This document shows, one piece after another, positions 1 to 11,766 of a stretch of DNA of 64,000 nucleotides. A program made the position numbers and the translations under genes. The stretch comes from Priapulus caudatus (Eukaryota), in contig NW_014577089.1 of NCBI RefSeq assembly GCF_000485595.1, forward strand, positions 357,055 to 421,054. Direction: 5' to 3'. The notes under the pieces are model-generated. The model made no database searches. It saw only the letters and a list, made by a program, of their open reading frames with translations, and was not told the DNA's origin. How positions within the stretch are numbered: position 1 is the stretch's first letter; each line of letters begins with the position of its first letter.

Positions 1-112
1 TACCTATATGAAGCTACTGAGGTGAACAATGTACCTATATGAAGCTACTGAGGTGAACAATGTACCTATATGCAGCTACTGAGGAAGGAAATTTACGAAG
101 TTACTGAGGTGC
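1..112 (+). repeat. 31-bp tandem repeat (TACCTATATGAAGCTACTGAGGTGAACAATG), ~2.7 copies plus a degenerate copy
   Basis: Units at 1-31, 32-62, 63-83; degenerate GAAGTTACTGAGGTG near 97-111. Confidence 0.85.
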
Positions 113-430
113 TAACCTTTGCTTTTATGTAGTCACAGATGTCGTAACGTCGCCTGGTCACTGGCTGATGCCCAGTAAAAGATTTTTATAAAATCCAACA
201 GAAAGTCAGCAAAATTTTGCAAACATCCCATTGTCCTCATTGCAGGCATATTATATGAAATGTATTCCGATGCATGCCTATACATTCATATATACCTATA
301 CATTCATATATACCTATATTCAATTTCCTTTTGGTATATCCATGCTTTCATTCATTTATTCGTTTTCTATTCTGCTATTCTTTACAACCATGTTTAATTC
401 GTTTGTCTGTACGTGGGCTCTGCTATGCAG

Positions 431-595
431 GTGGCAGAAAAGCTGAAACTGGCAGCAAACACGGCTGAGGACATTGAGCGCACGCGCGACGGCTACCGAC
501 CTGCTGCTAAACGTGGCGCCATCTTGTTCTTTGTCCTGTCAGAGATGTCAGCGATCAACTCAATGTACCAGTATTCGCTGGCATCCTACCTCGAG
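431..595 (+). CDS. DNAH10: DNAH10 exon
   Basis: cag|GTG...GAG|gtaaag; [55 protein letters not shown]. Confidence 0.92.
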
Positions 596-3500
596 GTAAA
601 GCGCTATCGGTCGCTTCTGTTGTGCTCTATACATTCCAGTGTCTATAGACGTGTGTACTGTTACTGTACTGTATGTGTGTGTGTGTGCGAGCGTGCATGC
701 ATGCGTGTGTGCGTGCGTGTGTGTATGTGGAATAAGTTCTGAGGTATAGTGCATGTTTACCTTACCATCTGCGTTCACTGCGTCCTCTCCGTGTCTACGT
801 GGTAACAAATGATTTAACGTGAACATAAACACGTGTGCTTGTTGCATGTATTATGCGCTCAAGCAGTGATTTCGAATCCTTCCAGGAATGAAAAAAGGGT
901 TTCATTTAAAATAAATTTGTCGATGTATACATTCTGCAACAATATACGCACCACAAATAAGCAAAAATATGACACAATATTACATTACTGTGATTATTGC
1001 ACTTTACAATGCTATGTAAGCAATTAAATATTAAGGGAATTAAGTTATATCTGGAAGCGTCATCCCTGGTCATAATGGCCAGCAAGTGATAGAGAAAAAA
1101 TAAATACATAATAGATATGTTTACTGACAGGATGCTGTATGCTATATAATTATGTTGACAGGATGCATATTACTGAGTATATAATATTTTTTACGTCTAC
1201 AGGTATTCCAGCACTCATTGCAGAAGAGTATGCGTGACAGCATTGTTCTGAAGCGATTGAAGAACATCATGGACACCCTCACGTATAACGTCTACAGCTA
1301 CGGCTGCACAGGTGTGAAGGCTAATTATGAAGATTGTAATGAGATGGAAGTTAACAGCCGACACCATGCAGGATTGTCATGCTGTCACTAGCGCTCATAG
1401 GGTCTATGTCCCCCAGGGTACTGCCGGAACGTACCCTGGTACTATCTAATAAGGCTGAGAGGGTCTATGTCCCCCAGGGTACTGCCGGAACGTACCCTGG
1501 TACTATCTAATATGCCGGACCGTACCTCGCCTACTCCACTAACGAGTCTATGGAGTCGCCTACGCCCCTACTCCCTAACCATAACCCTAACCCTAACCAT
1601 ATCAGATAGTTACCAGGGTACGTTCCAGTATACCGGACCGTACCCAGGGTACGTTCCGGCAGTACCCTGCAAGACATAGACCCTATGAGCGTCACTAGCA
1701 TGCACTCACTATAATCCACGACTGTGGTGTTAGTTGTTGGCAGGATTATATAGAGATATAGATTATATAGAGTGTCAGTTTATGTGATAGATAATTCAGA
1801 GAATCATATTAAAAATCCAAATGGCAAGATTTTCGCAATTTGCCTGAACGATTCAATAGTGTGTGAGTCTGCATGCCATACTCGTCGTTGTCTTGGTGAC
1901 AGCCCGATCTGACAATTTTACGTCTGTAACAGGTATCTTTGAGAAGCACAAGCTGCTATTTAGCTTCCAGATGACCATTAAGCTTGAGCAAAGTGAGGGC
2001 AATGTCTTGCAAGAGCAGCTTGACTTCTTTATCAAGGGCAACATCTCCCTGGAAAAGAGTACCCGTCTAAAGCCATTTAGGTAACATGCGACCTTTTTGT
2101 TTACTCATACGCAGCTGGTAGTCCTACCAATTCAATTGTTTCATTTGTACTATCTCTTCACTAGTCTAAAGTTGGGACAGTGATGTATTGTGTGTGGATT
2201 CCAGGTGGTTGCCTGACCAGAGCTGGGAGGATGCTGTCTGCTTGAATGAAGCATTCCCTGATAAGTTTGGCAGCCTTTGTGATGACATAGAGCACAATGA
2301 GAATATCTGGAAGGAGGTATCGGCTTGAGTAATAGCTTCCGTGTCTTCCTTGCACCAGCAAAGTCATTATGATAGTAGTGTCTACACTCAGTGAGGGTAT
2401 AGTTACGTGTCATGTGTGAGTACTTTGAAGCAGTGCCAGTTTATTGTGGTACCATCAAAGGCAGTAACTTGGTATTTGACGCAAATATACAGTTGAAATG
2501 TGTCATGTATGGGTGAGTACTTTGAAGCAGTGCCACATTATTGTGGTACCATCAAAAGCAGTCACTTATATTTGACGCAAATATTCAGTTGAAATAATTT
2601 TTTTGTCAGTGGTATGACCTGGATGCGCCGGAGGCAGCAGCATTTCCTCTCAAGTACAGCGAGAGCCTGGGAGACTTTGAGCGGCTGATGCTGCTACGCT
2701 GCTTCCGCGTCGACAGGGTGTATCGTGCTGTGACAGACTATGTTACACACCGCATGGGCGAGAAATACGTCACGCCTCCCGTGATCAGGTGGGATGACGT
2801 GCATTGCAGGGTTCTTGTAACACGCTGGTGGTTTCGGTACATCAATAACGTAAACTTAGATGTAACATAATAATTGCGTATTTTAGGTATAAATGCTGCA
2901 AATATTTTACTTTGACTGCCTTTCAGGTTTCCTTGTTTATTTCATGAGATGAACTTGAAGACAAGTAGTAGCATTGCTGTTGGCAACATACATCCTCGGC
3001 TAACGAATCACAATACGAAACAAAACTCTCCTTGCTTAATGTCATGATACGCATACATGGTCATAGTAAAAAATACATCAGTACGTGCTATGAAGAGGAT
3101 GATGGTGATCTACTTAAAGATGGAGGTCACAGTCCAATGCTTTTCATGCCATGGATAGACGTACCAACTGAGAATATTTTGTATTTCACCTGTAACCTAG
3201 TGTTATTTTAACTAAATAGATTGTTGCGTGAAATGTATTTCTACAAATATGGCTGCCCAGTGACTTTTTAGCTCTTTAGTTGTCGTGTCATTTTATATCG
3301 ATGACCTCTGTTTTTCTGTTGGTTCCAGCTTTGAAGCCATATATGAACAGAGTTCGCCACAATCACCAATAGTTTTTATTCTAAGTCCTGGGTCTGACCC
3401 AGGCAGCGACCTTACAAAGCTAGCAGAAAGAGCAGGATTCCGTGACAACAGGCTCAAGTTCCTTGCAATGGGCCAAGGACAGGAAAAGGTGATTGTAAAG

Positions 3501-6500
3501 ATGTTTCTTTTATGCTTTATAGTGCGTTACCTCCGTTTGCTAGCAATGTGTAAATGCATACGAAGTTACGAACCTTACGAACATATAAAGTTAAGAAGTT
3601 GCGTTTGTATTGCCATATGGAGTTTTGTTATCTTAATCATTTTTTGACAGGCCGCACTGCAACTACTCGACACGGCAATTTCTCGTGGGCAGTGGCTTAT
3701 GCTTCAGAACTGCCATCTGTTGGTAAACTTCCTCAAGGACTTAGAAAAACAGCTAGAGAAAATCACAAAGCCACATCCAGATTTCCGTCTGTGGCTTACC
3801 ACTGACCCAACTCCAAGCTTCCCTATTGGCATTTTGCAGCGATCACTGAAGGTAAGCCTTTCGAAACTACTTTTATGAGTAACTTTCATCTGTGGAGAAA
3901 ATCATGCATTTCTGTTGGTTTTGCTTTCTTGTGCAGCATTCTGATTCCTGCTGAGATCAGCAGACAGATATGCAGGCTGATTTCCATGCTTCCTTACTGT
4001 TGAATGCTTCCTAATTGTTTGATACTTCCTATTGATATGACAACTTGAGGACTTTCGTGTCACGTTGGTGTATGAATTTCGCATTTACTCAGTGATATGC
4101 ATCGGTGAGTAACCTTGCCATGTTCCTCCAGGTAGTCACTGAGCCCCCCAATGGCTTAAAGTTGAATTTGAGGAACACCTACTTCAAAATCTCACAGAAT
4201 GCCTTACAGGAGTGTGAGCATCAAGCCTTCCCATCACTGGTGTACGTGCTGGCATTCTTCCATGCTGTTGTGCAGGTATGGTGAAATTCAAGCAACAGGG
4301 CTAGTTAGTAATAGTAAAAGTAAAGTAACTTAGTTAGAAGTAATAACATGTGTAGTATATGGATTTCGGAGCGGTAAAGGCAGACCGTCAGCATATGCGA
4401 CACTTAACTTCTTACATATACCATATTAAAATGTCTTTTCAAGAGTACAGTAATACCGAATACCCCACATTACGGACATTATGCGTAATTCTATAGTCTG
4501 AATCACGCTTTCCCATGGACTTCTATTGCATAATTTAAGATCTACCAAAAAAGTAGATGATCCTATGTGTTCTCTATTACAAGCACATTTGTGACTGCAA
4601 GTAAACACATATATTGAACATTTAATGATGTAACACGCTTAGGGAAATCCAGAATAAGAATAATACAGTGTACTAATTATAATGCTTGAATGCAGCACAC
4701 TGACTGTGACTGATTGACAAACATATATTGATTATTTAATGATATTACAATCAAGGAATTTAGAATAAACATTAGTACCCTGTTGTACCTGGAGTACAAT
4801 AGACACAGCTAGGGCACTGATTACAGGAATGCACGCATTCCATACAATTTGAACGTGTAGGTATTTTCCTCTAATGGACAGAAAACTATCTAACCAGATG
4901 GTGGCAGATTTAAAAGCTGGTCTGCCTGACATGTTGGCAGCTTGCTTTATATGTATTACATTAATGTCATTGACAGCATTTGAACATACAAAGTTTTTGG
5001 GCAGAAACATGCAATCAGTATTTTGAAGTTTGTGTAAGAGCGAATGTTCGTTTCGTACGCATTTCAAGTTTAGTGGTTATAATTTACAAATTACGTACGG
5101 GCGAGTTTACATAACCAAGGTTATCATAGGATGAGGTATCACTGTATTAAAACATTTGTACTTGGTTTAATATTTTCAACAGCAATTATATTATAACAGG
5201 TATTTCTTTAGTACAAATACGATTTTTTTAATAATAATTTATCCTAACTATTTAATTATTGTCATTATTAATAGGAGAGACGCAAGTATGACAAGATCGG
5301 CTGGAATGTGGCTTATGACTTTAATGAGTCGGACTTCAGAGTTTGTATGCAAATAATTAATACCTACCTCACCAAGTCGTACAACCAGGGAGATCATGAG
5401 AAAATCCCATGGAACAGCTTGAAATACCTTGTTGGAGAGGTGAGGCACAAACACTGCCCTAGTTGCTTATAGCAGTTGCCTAAAGCAGCAATTCCATTGA
5501 ATTGCATATATCTGCATTCGTAGCAGAAGGTGCATGTAAGCTGCCAGTTGAATCACTGTCAGTTCATAGTCATAACGTCTTACAACGTACTAGTATCACA
5601 TATCCTGGGACTGATTTCAGATGATGTATGGAATTCATTCCATCAATGATTTTCGACTATTGATCATGCTGCTGATTTCAGGTCATGTACGGCGGCCGTG
5701 TCATTGATGATTTTGATAGGCGCGTCGTCAACACGTATATGAACGAATACATGGGCGACTTTATATTCGACACGTTCCAGCCCTTCCATTTCTACAGCAA
5801 TGATGAGGTCGACTACAAAATACCTGAACCCGGTCTAAAGGAGAATTACATAGGTATAGGTATCATTTAATGTGTCAGACCGACACTAGATTTCAGCATA
5901 CATTGCATGGTAGCATTCAGCGTACATCTGCACTGGTCTATCTTCACAAGAAAGAGCAAAGAACCTGTACAGTCCCTCCATATACCCAAAGTTGTTTACA
6001 ATATTAATTTACCTATAGACCATGCACTGTTTTTGCGAGTTCCCTATTCATTATACAGGTAATTATCTTATCAATTGCTATTTGATAATTTGTTTGTCCT
6101 ATCAGTTGCATTACATAGGGGCTAGTTCTTACCCTATTGATTATATTGTTGGTTGGGTTGTTTATTATCCTATTGATTCAAATTAATTGAACTGTTCCAT
6201 GCGCTACTGAAACAATTAATGTACATGTACTGTATTTTTCTGTTTTTTGTAATGTTCTGCACCATACATAGTAAATGTGAATGGGATAAAACTGTTAATA
6301 CATACATATATATATATAGATTACATAGATACGCTGCCACTCTCCAACACACCTGAGGTATTTGGCCTGCACCCCAACGCAGAAATTGGCTACTATACAC
6401 AAGCGGCCAGAGACATGTGGACTCAACTGGTAGAGATTCAGCCACAAACTGGTATATTGTTGTTTTCCACACTTGTTACTATACTTGGAGTGTAGGGTTA

Positions 6501-9182
6501 CCATGTATTCATATATCCTATATGACCAATCCTAACTTGAACTGGATGGATAGGTCCACCCAACTTCAGCTTACAAGGGGTATACACGATAGATCTCCTA
6601 CAGTTTCTCCAGCTAACCTCTGATTGCATAGCATAAGCTGACAGTTATCAGCGCAGTGTATAACGGCAATGAATGACCTTATTTGACATAGTGTGCACTC
6701 GTGGTGCTGCTATATAAGAATTATTGCATCATTATATAGCAGTCACCAGTATTCGAAACCTAGAGGTCTTGTGGCATGCTACTTACAAAATTAACCATGC
6801 ATTATCTTTGCAAGCAACATGCCACTCAGATTTATTGTGTTGTCTGTGTCTTGTGTAATAGACTTGATCAGTGAAAAAAATACACGGGGGCTCGGGGCGA
6901 TTTAGCTCCCGAAATGTCAAAAAGAGCCCCGGAAATGCTAAAAAGAGCCCCCGTAAATTTGCATAAAGTTCAATGCAAACCAAATTTTAGAGTGCTATTT
7001 TCATGCACGCAAGCTTGAAAAGTAGCCCCCGAAAAATAGATTAACATTTTTCCCCTGGACTTGATTATATGAACATTGCAGCAATGAAACATTCTTTTTA
7101 AAGGCGAATCTGGTACGGGGATCAGCAGGGAAGAATTCATAGGTAAGATAGCAAGTGACATCCTCAACAAGCTTCCAGAGCAGTTTGACCTTGACAAGAT
7201 TAGGAAGAAGTTTGGTCTGGACATGAGCCCAACCAGTGTGGTGCTTGTACAGGAGTTGGAGCGATTTAATAAGCTTATCGAGCGCATGAAGAAATCCCTC
7301 ACCACGCTGAAGAAGGTATAGCCATCGAGTAGAATAACTGTAATTATGCAAATTACTACATTTCGGTGGCACGAGGCTCACCTACAATAGGCTTTATACT
7401 TTGTCGGGTAACAAAAAGGTCGTGCATAGGAATAGAGTGCATGCAGCTACGTATCTTGTTGTTACCATTACTTTGTAATTCCAACTAGGCCCTGGCAGGA
7501 GAGGTTGGCATGAGTAACGAGCTTGATGATGTCGCTCGGGCGCTGTATAATGGAACCATCCCCCGTATCTGGCGACGCTTGGCACCGGACACACTCAAGT
7601 CACTCGGCAACTGGTTGCTGCATTTCCACCGCAGGCACGCGCAGTACACTTACTGGGTGCGTTCCACTCGGCTATCCGATCGCGTCTTCTTTGGTTCTCA
7701 AAGTTTTTCCCGATTCCCTAAACGCTGCACCTAGCTTGATACTGCTTTTATAGGTAAATCGTTCTTATTCATCATAACTTGTGCTCTGCTGAAGTGCCAG
7801 ACATCTTCAAGGGTCCTGGAAATCTAGCACGCACAAATTACAAATTTTCTTTTTTTATCAAACAGGTGAATGAGGGTGAGCCTGCCGTCATCTGGTTATC
7901 AGGTTTACAAATTCCTGAATCGTACCTTACTGCCTTAGTACAGGCGACATGCCGTCGCAATGGATGGCCCCTAGACAAATCCACACTTTACACAACAGTG
8001 ACAAGTTATGCGACTCCAGATGATGTACAAGAAAAGGCTCATCAAGGTACCATTTTCCACGTAGTATATATGTACCAGTTACAGCATTATTATCTACCAG
8101 GTAAAGGGAAGTGAAAGATGCTGTCAATTAATGCTATCAAGTTATAACTAAGCCTAATACACTACTGTGTACATGCATGTATCTATCACCATATAGTTCT
8201 TGGCTTTCACAGCAAATGAAATTTAATGAGTTACCTCATTAAATAGTTATTAAATAATATAATAGTTATTAATATAATATATATATTTAATAGTTATCTC
8301 ATTTATCCTGCATAGGATGCTATGTGACAGGCCTGTACCTTGAGGGAGCTGCGTGGGATATAGAAAACAATTGTCTTACTGGTTCCCAACCCAAGGAGTT
8401 GATACAGGAACTGCCAATTCTGAAGGTCATTCCTATTGAGGCACACAAGCTCAAGCTACAGGTTGGTGTCGTTCAGTAATCGGTTAACTAATAGTTTAAT
8501 TCTAGTACATACTACAAAAGAGTAGCGTGAAGTCTTCCCTAGCATTACTATCAGTGACTGTTATGCTTATTATTTCCATTAATTACCAGGGTTCCTAATA
8601 ACTGGACTATTTTCTTACAATCGATACCATCTAAACTCATTTAATGTCATTATCATGTTTAGTGTAATATTTCTGTATTTATTATCATGGTCACAACCAT
8701 TATCATTAGTATGATAGCCATTAGCTAAAAGCTAAAGTAAAAGCTATTGTTAATCTTATATGATAACTGATATTGTTAACCGGTTTAACCATCAATCAGT
8801 ATAGTGAGAAATCAGTATAGGCACGCATAAACTAGTGTGCATGGCTCCTTTCATGATATGTCGAATGTGATGTTGCATCTGACTATAGGGGATGCAAAAA
8901 TATCACCACCACAGCTTTTGCTTAATTAGTTACGATAGGTAGGCAGCTTGATGTGTTTGTATAGCAGCTTTGAAGCCAACCAATACTTATGAAAGTTAAA
9001 ATATTGGTAAAGTATATTATGTGCGTTGCTTACAGAACACACTGCGTGCGCCTGTCTACACAACATCGATGCGGCGAAATGCGATGGGTGTTGGGCTGGT
9101 GTTCGAAGCAGACCTGGCCACGACGCAGCACATCAGTCATTGGGTGCTGCAAGGTGTCTGCTTGCTTCTCAACACGGACTGA
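431..9182 (+). CDS. DNAH10: Axonemal dynein heavy chain (DNAH10-like), C-terminal ~846 aa in 16 exons; 5' part lies upstream of the window
   Basis: Exons 431-595, 1203-1311, 1933-2080, 2205-2316, 2610-2788, 3329-3488, 3651-3851, 4132-4275, 5275-5439, 5682-5853, 6320-6451, 7104-7315, 7489-7656, 7866-8046, 8316-8461, 9036-9182 all have GT-AG boundaries and consistent phases. Translation includes [57 protein letters not shown] and ends [14 protein letters not shown], matching my recollection of the DNAH10 C-terminus. Confidence 0.93.
1203..1311 (+). CDS. DNAH10: DNAH10 exon
   Basis: [40 protein letters not shown] flanks. Confidence 0.9.
1393..1690. mobile_element. Mutator-like MITE with 9-bp TSD and internal (TAACCC)n
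   Basis: TIR GCTCATAGGGTCTATGTC / GACATAGACCCTATGAGC; TSD GTCACTAGC at 1384-1392 and 1691-1699; internal ~60-bp tandem duplication; CCCTAA-type repeats 1573-1598. Confidence 0.88.
1933..2080 (+). CDS. DNAH10: DNAH10 exon
   Basis: [49 protein letters not shown]. Confidence 0.92.
2205..2316 (+). CDS. DNAH10: DNAH10 exon
   Basis: [37 protein letters not shown]. Confidence 0.9.
2409..2595 (+). repeat. Intronic tandem duplication, two ~93-bp units
   Basis: GTGAGTACTTTGAAGCAGTGCCA...TATTTGACGCAAATAT.CAGTTGAAAT occurs twice in succession. Confidence 0.85.
2610..2788 (+). CDS. DNAH10: DNAH10 exon
   Basis: WYDLDAPE...[32 protein letters not shown]. Confidence 0.92.
3329..3488 (+). CDS. DNAH10: DNAH10 exon
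   Basis: [53 protein letters not shown]. Confidence 0.93.
3651..3851 (+). CDS. DNAH10: DNAH10 exon
   Basis: [24 protein letters not shown]...[27 protein letters not shown]. Confidence 0.93.
4132..4275 (+). CDS. DNAH10: DNAH10 exon
   Basis: [48 protein letters not shown]. Confidence 0.93.
5275..5439 (+). CDS. DNAH10: DNAH10 exon
   Basis: [55 protein letters not shown]. Confidence 0.93.
5682..5853 (+). CDS. DNAH10: DNAH10 exon
   Basis: [57 protein letters not shown]. Confidence 0.93.
6320..6451 (+). CDS. DNAH10: DNAH10 exon
   Basis: [44 protein letters not shown]; acceptor embedded in (TA)n. Confidence 0.88.
6869..7057. mobile_element. hAT-type MITE
   Basis: CAG...CTG ends; 8-bp TSD GACTTGAT at 6861-6868 and 7058-7065; near-identical copy at 46918-47107. 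Confidence 0.88.
7104..7315 (+). CDS. DNAH10: DNAH10 exon
   Basis: [71 protein letters not shown]. Confidence 0.92.
7489..7656 (+). CDS. DNAH10: DNAH10 exon
   Basis: [56 protein letters not shown]. Confidence 0.93.
7866..8046 (+). CDS. DNAH10: DNAH10 exon
   Basis: [60 protein letters not shown]. Confidence 0.93.
8316..8461 (+). CDS. DNAH10: DNAH10 exon
   Basis: [49 protein letters not shown]. Confidence 0.93.
9036..9182 (+). CDS. DNAH10: DNAH10 terminal coding exon
   Basis: [51 protein letters not shown] at 9180-9182. Confidence 0.93.
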   Translation, partial: NTLRAPVYTTSMRRNAMGVGLVFEADLATTQHISHWVLQGVCLLLNTD

Positions 9183-11453
9183 ATCACCAAGCAAGGACTA
9201 CCAAACTACACTACCACTGCCAGACTGGGAAAGCTGGTGTGGGGCAGGTGCCAACTCAATCCCTCCAGTGCATTGTAACTTCGTGATGGAGCAGTTAAGG
9301 GAGGGGAGATGTTCATAACTTGTGATTTTTGTGGGGGTTTTTATTATGTAAGTAATTTTTGTATATATCGTTCAGTTGGGATTGTAAATTTTGATGTGGA
9401 TAATCCACTTATGAGGGTATGATAGGTGCTTCTGATGTGTGATCTGAAACTTCATTGTGAATTTATTCCTTCATTTCCTAAAACATTTTATATGAGTATT
9501 TTTCATAGATAATTTTTGTATATGTAATAATAATCGGGTAGTGGAAATGTGTATAGGGCGAGTAGCACACAATGTGCCAAATATTGCTGCAACCAACTAG
9601 TGTTACGACTGAAGCCTTTCGTCATGCATAGATGGTTCGTAACTTATGATTCCCTTTTCATGTATACCTGATTTTTTCATAATACTCCGAGAAGGATAGA
9701 AAAGGTGCTAAAGCATGCTAGTTGTGGGAGGAAGAATGATACACATAAGTCGTAGGTAATCTGACCAAAGTACCTCAATGGTATAGGCCAAGATGCAGTT
9801 CACATGATGTCAAGCCAATTCTAGTGTCACACATCTTGAAATTTTGATGTGTATAAGCACCATCATCTGTCATAGAACACACCTCAAGGCAACGAAGTTC
9901 ACATCTATTATAGCTATTGTGCAATGATTTGTTTCCTGCATATTTGAATTCAATAAAAAAAATCCCCTAAGTGCCAAATTGAAGCTTCCAAATTGAAGTA
10001 GTATATTGCTGTTTCTCATGTGATTCAGTGTAAAAATGCAGTAAGTGATAAAAATGCACATGAACTTTGCACGATTTGATTTTACATAACACCGAGGGCA
10101 CAAACCTTGTGCTTTTGATGACATGACATAAGGTAGAACCCAGCACTAAGTCATCCCACATTATGCGATCATCACTTGGTTTCTCTTTCTCCTCTGTTCT
10201 CACTTACTCTTTCAAACTTAACATTACACTGCTATAACGTGACCATGCATATACGGTAATAAAATTGTTGGACCCCACTATCGCATTATAAACGCACACC
10301 ACTTCTCACATATAATACAAAACAATATGTAACAAATAAACAAAATTATTTTACGGAATTTTCTCTACAAAAAAGACAATTTCAACCATTCTCAGTATAC
10401 GTACATGATTGCCTATTACTTCCGCGCTCTCGACTTGCAGTTCTCATCGAATTAAACACCTATGCACACGTGAATATAGGTTTATATCATACACACAAAG
10501 CTCCCCTCGTAGGTATCAGGCAAGGGAACATAATATGAAGAACACAGACGAGACGAACAGACGCGACTACACTGTGGAAAACTATTTACCAACCATTATC
10601 AGATGGGTGCGAGAAAACGACAAAATAGGTATACAACGATATAAGTAGTTCTGCAAGTAGTCAATCAACATTGTACAATGGAAAAAGTGTAGAGCCCATA
10701 ATACAATTCTGCTTTAAAGGCTGTGCACAAACCTACCAGGCCCTTCTTATAGAAAATTTAGACAGGAAAATAGACAAGCTTTACTTGGCGTGGTATAATA
10801 GAATTGTAATTTACAAGTGTCTTGATACGATACTGGCTGGTCCTGCACTCGGAATAATTTATTGTTCGATCAAGCTAAGTGTGGAAACAGGGTAGACGTA
10901 GTCACAATTACCCGATTCAGTAGTCTAGAAAACCTAGAGACTGCGCAGATAAGCAGTGGCGTTGCTACAATTAAACACGACTTACTTGTAGTAACATGAT
11001 AGCGTAGTACACGGGGGGACACCCAGCTGGAGATCAGAGAAGAAAACAGCACCGAGACGGAAATGTATAAAGACATTTGAATCTAGCAAAACCCGCACTG
11101 AGCGCAAGTGCTTACTACAGTTGTTTCGCGACTAGGAAACAATGACAACTTGTTGTGACCTGAATACCCAGAGCAGAAAATAATGTACAATATTTACAGC
11201 TCATCCCAGCGTTCCCAATCACGCACGCGCGCGCGCACAAACTCGCAAACATGTGTACTTAACAATGAGAGCGCAGTGAAACTGGTGGTCAGAACATTAT
11301 CTATAAATCACCTGCTGCACGTCTCTTCCCATACACTTTCGACACAGTGACGTGTGGATTTAAATCATGGGATGAATTTTTGTCAAAATTGGCATAACAT
11401 GGGGCGCAGTTTTTACGCATCGTATAGCTACTCCATGCCTATAGTAGCGCTCA

Positions 11454-11766
11454 AGCCTAGCGCAGACTTGCGACTTTTGGTTGCTCGTCGCTGCAACCTG
11501 CAACCGCATGCGATCGGTCGCACGCTTCACCGTGTGTGCGCATGCAAGCGACTGTCACTTCTTTCCATTGTGTTTCCATGACTTATATTACCCGCACACA
11601 TGCGATTTCAAAGCGATTGCGAACGAGTTGCTGAAAATCAAACCTGTTTGATTTTTTGCAACTCGTTGCAAGCGACCGGAATCACTACGAGTTGCAGTTG
11701 CACGTTCCCGCAGACTTGTGTCTTTTCATGCAACTCGGCTGCGATTCTAGAAGTCTGCGCTAGGCT
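11454..11766. mobile_element. PIF/Harbinger-like MITE
   Basis: TIR AGCCTAGCGCAGACTT / AAGTCTGCGCTAGGCT; flanks TCA/TTA; central palindrome AAAATCAAACCTGTTTGATTTT. Confidence 0.75.
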
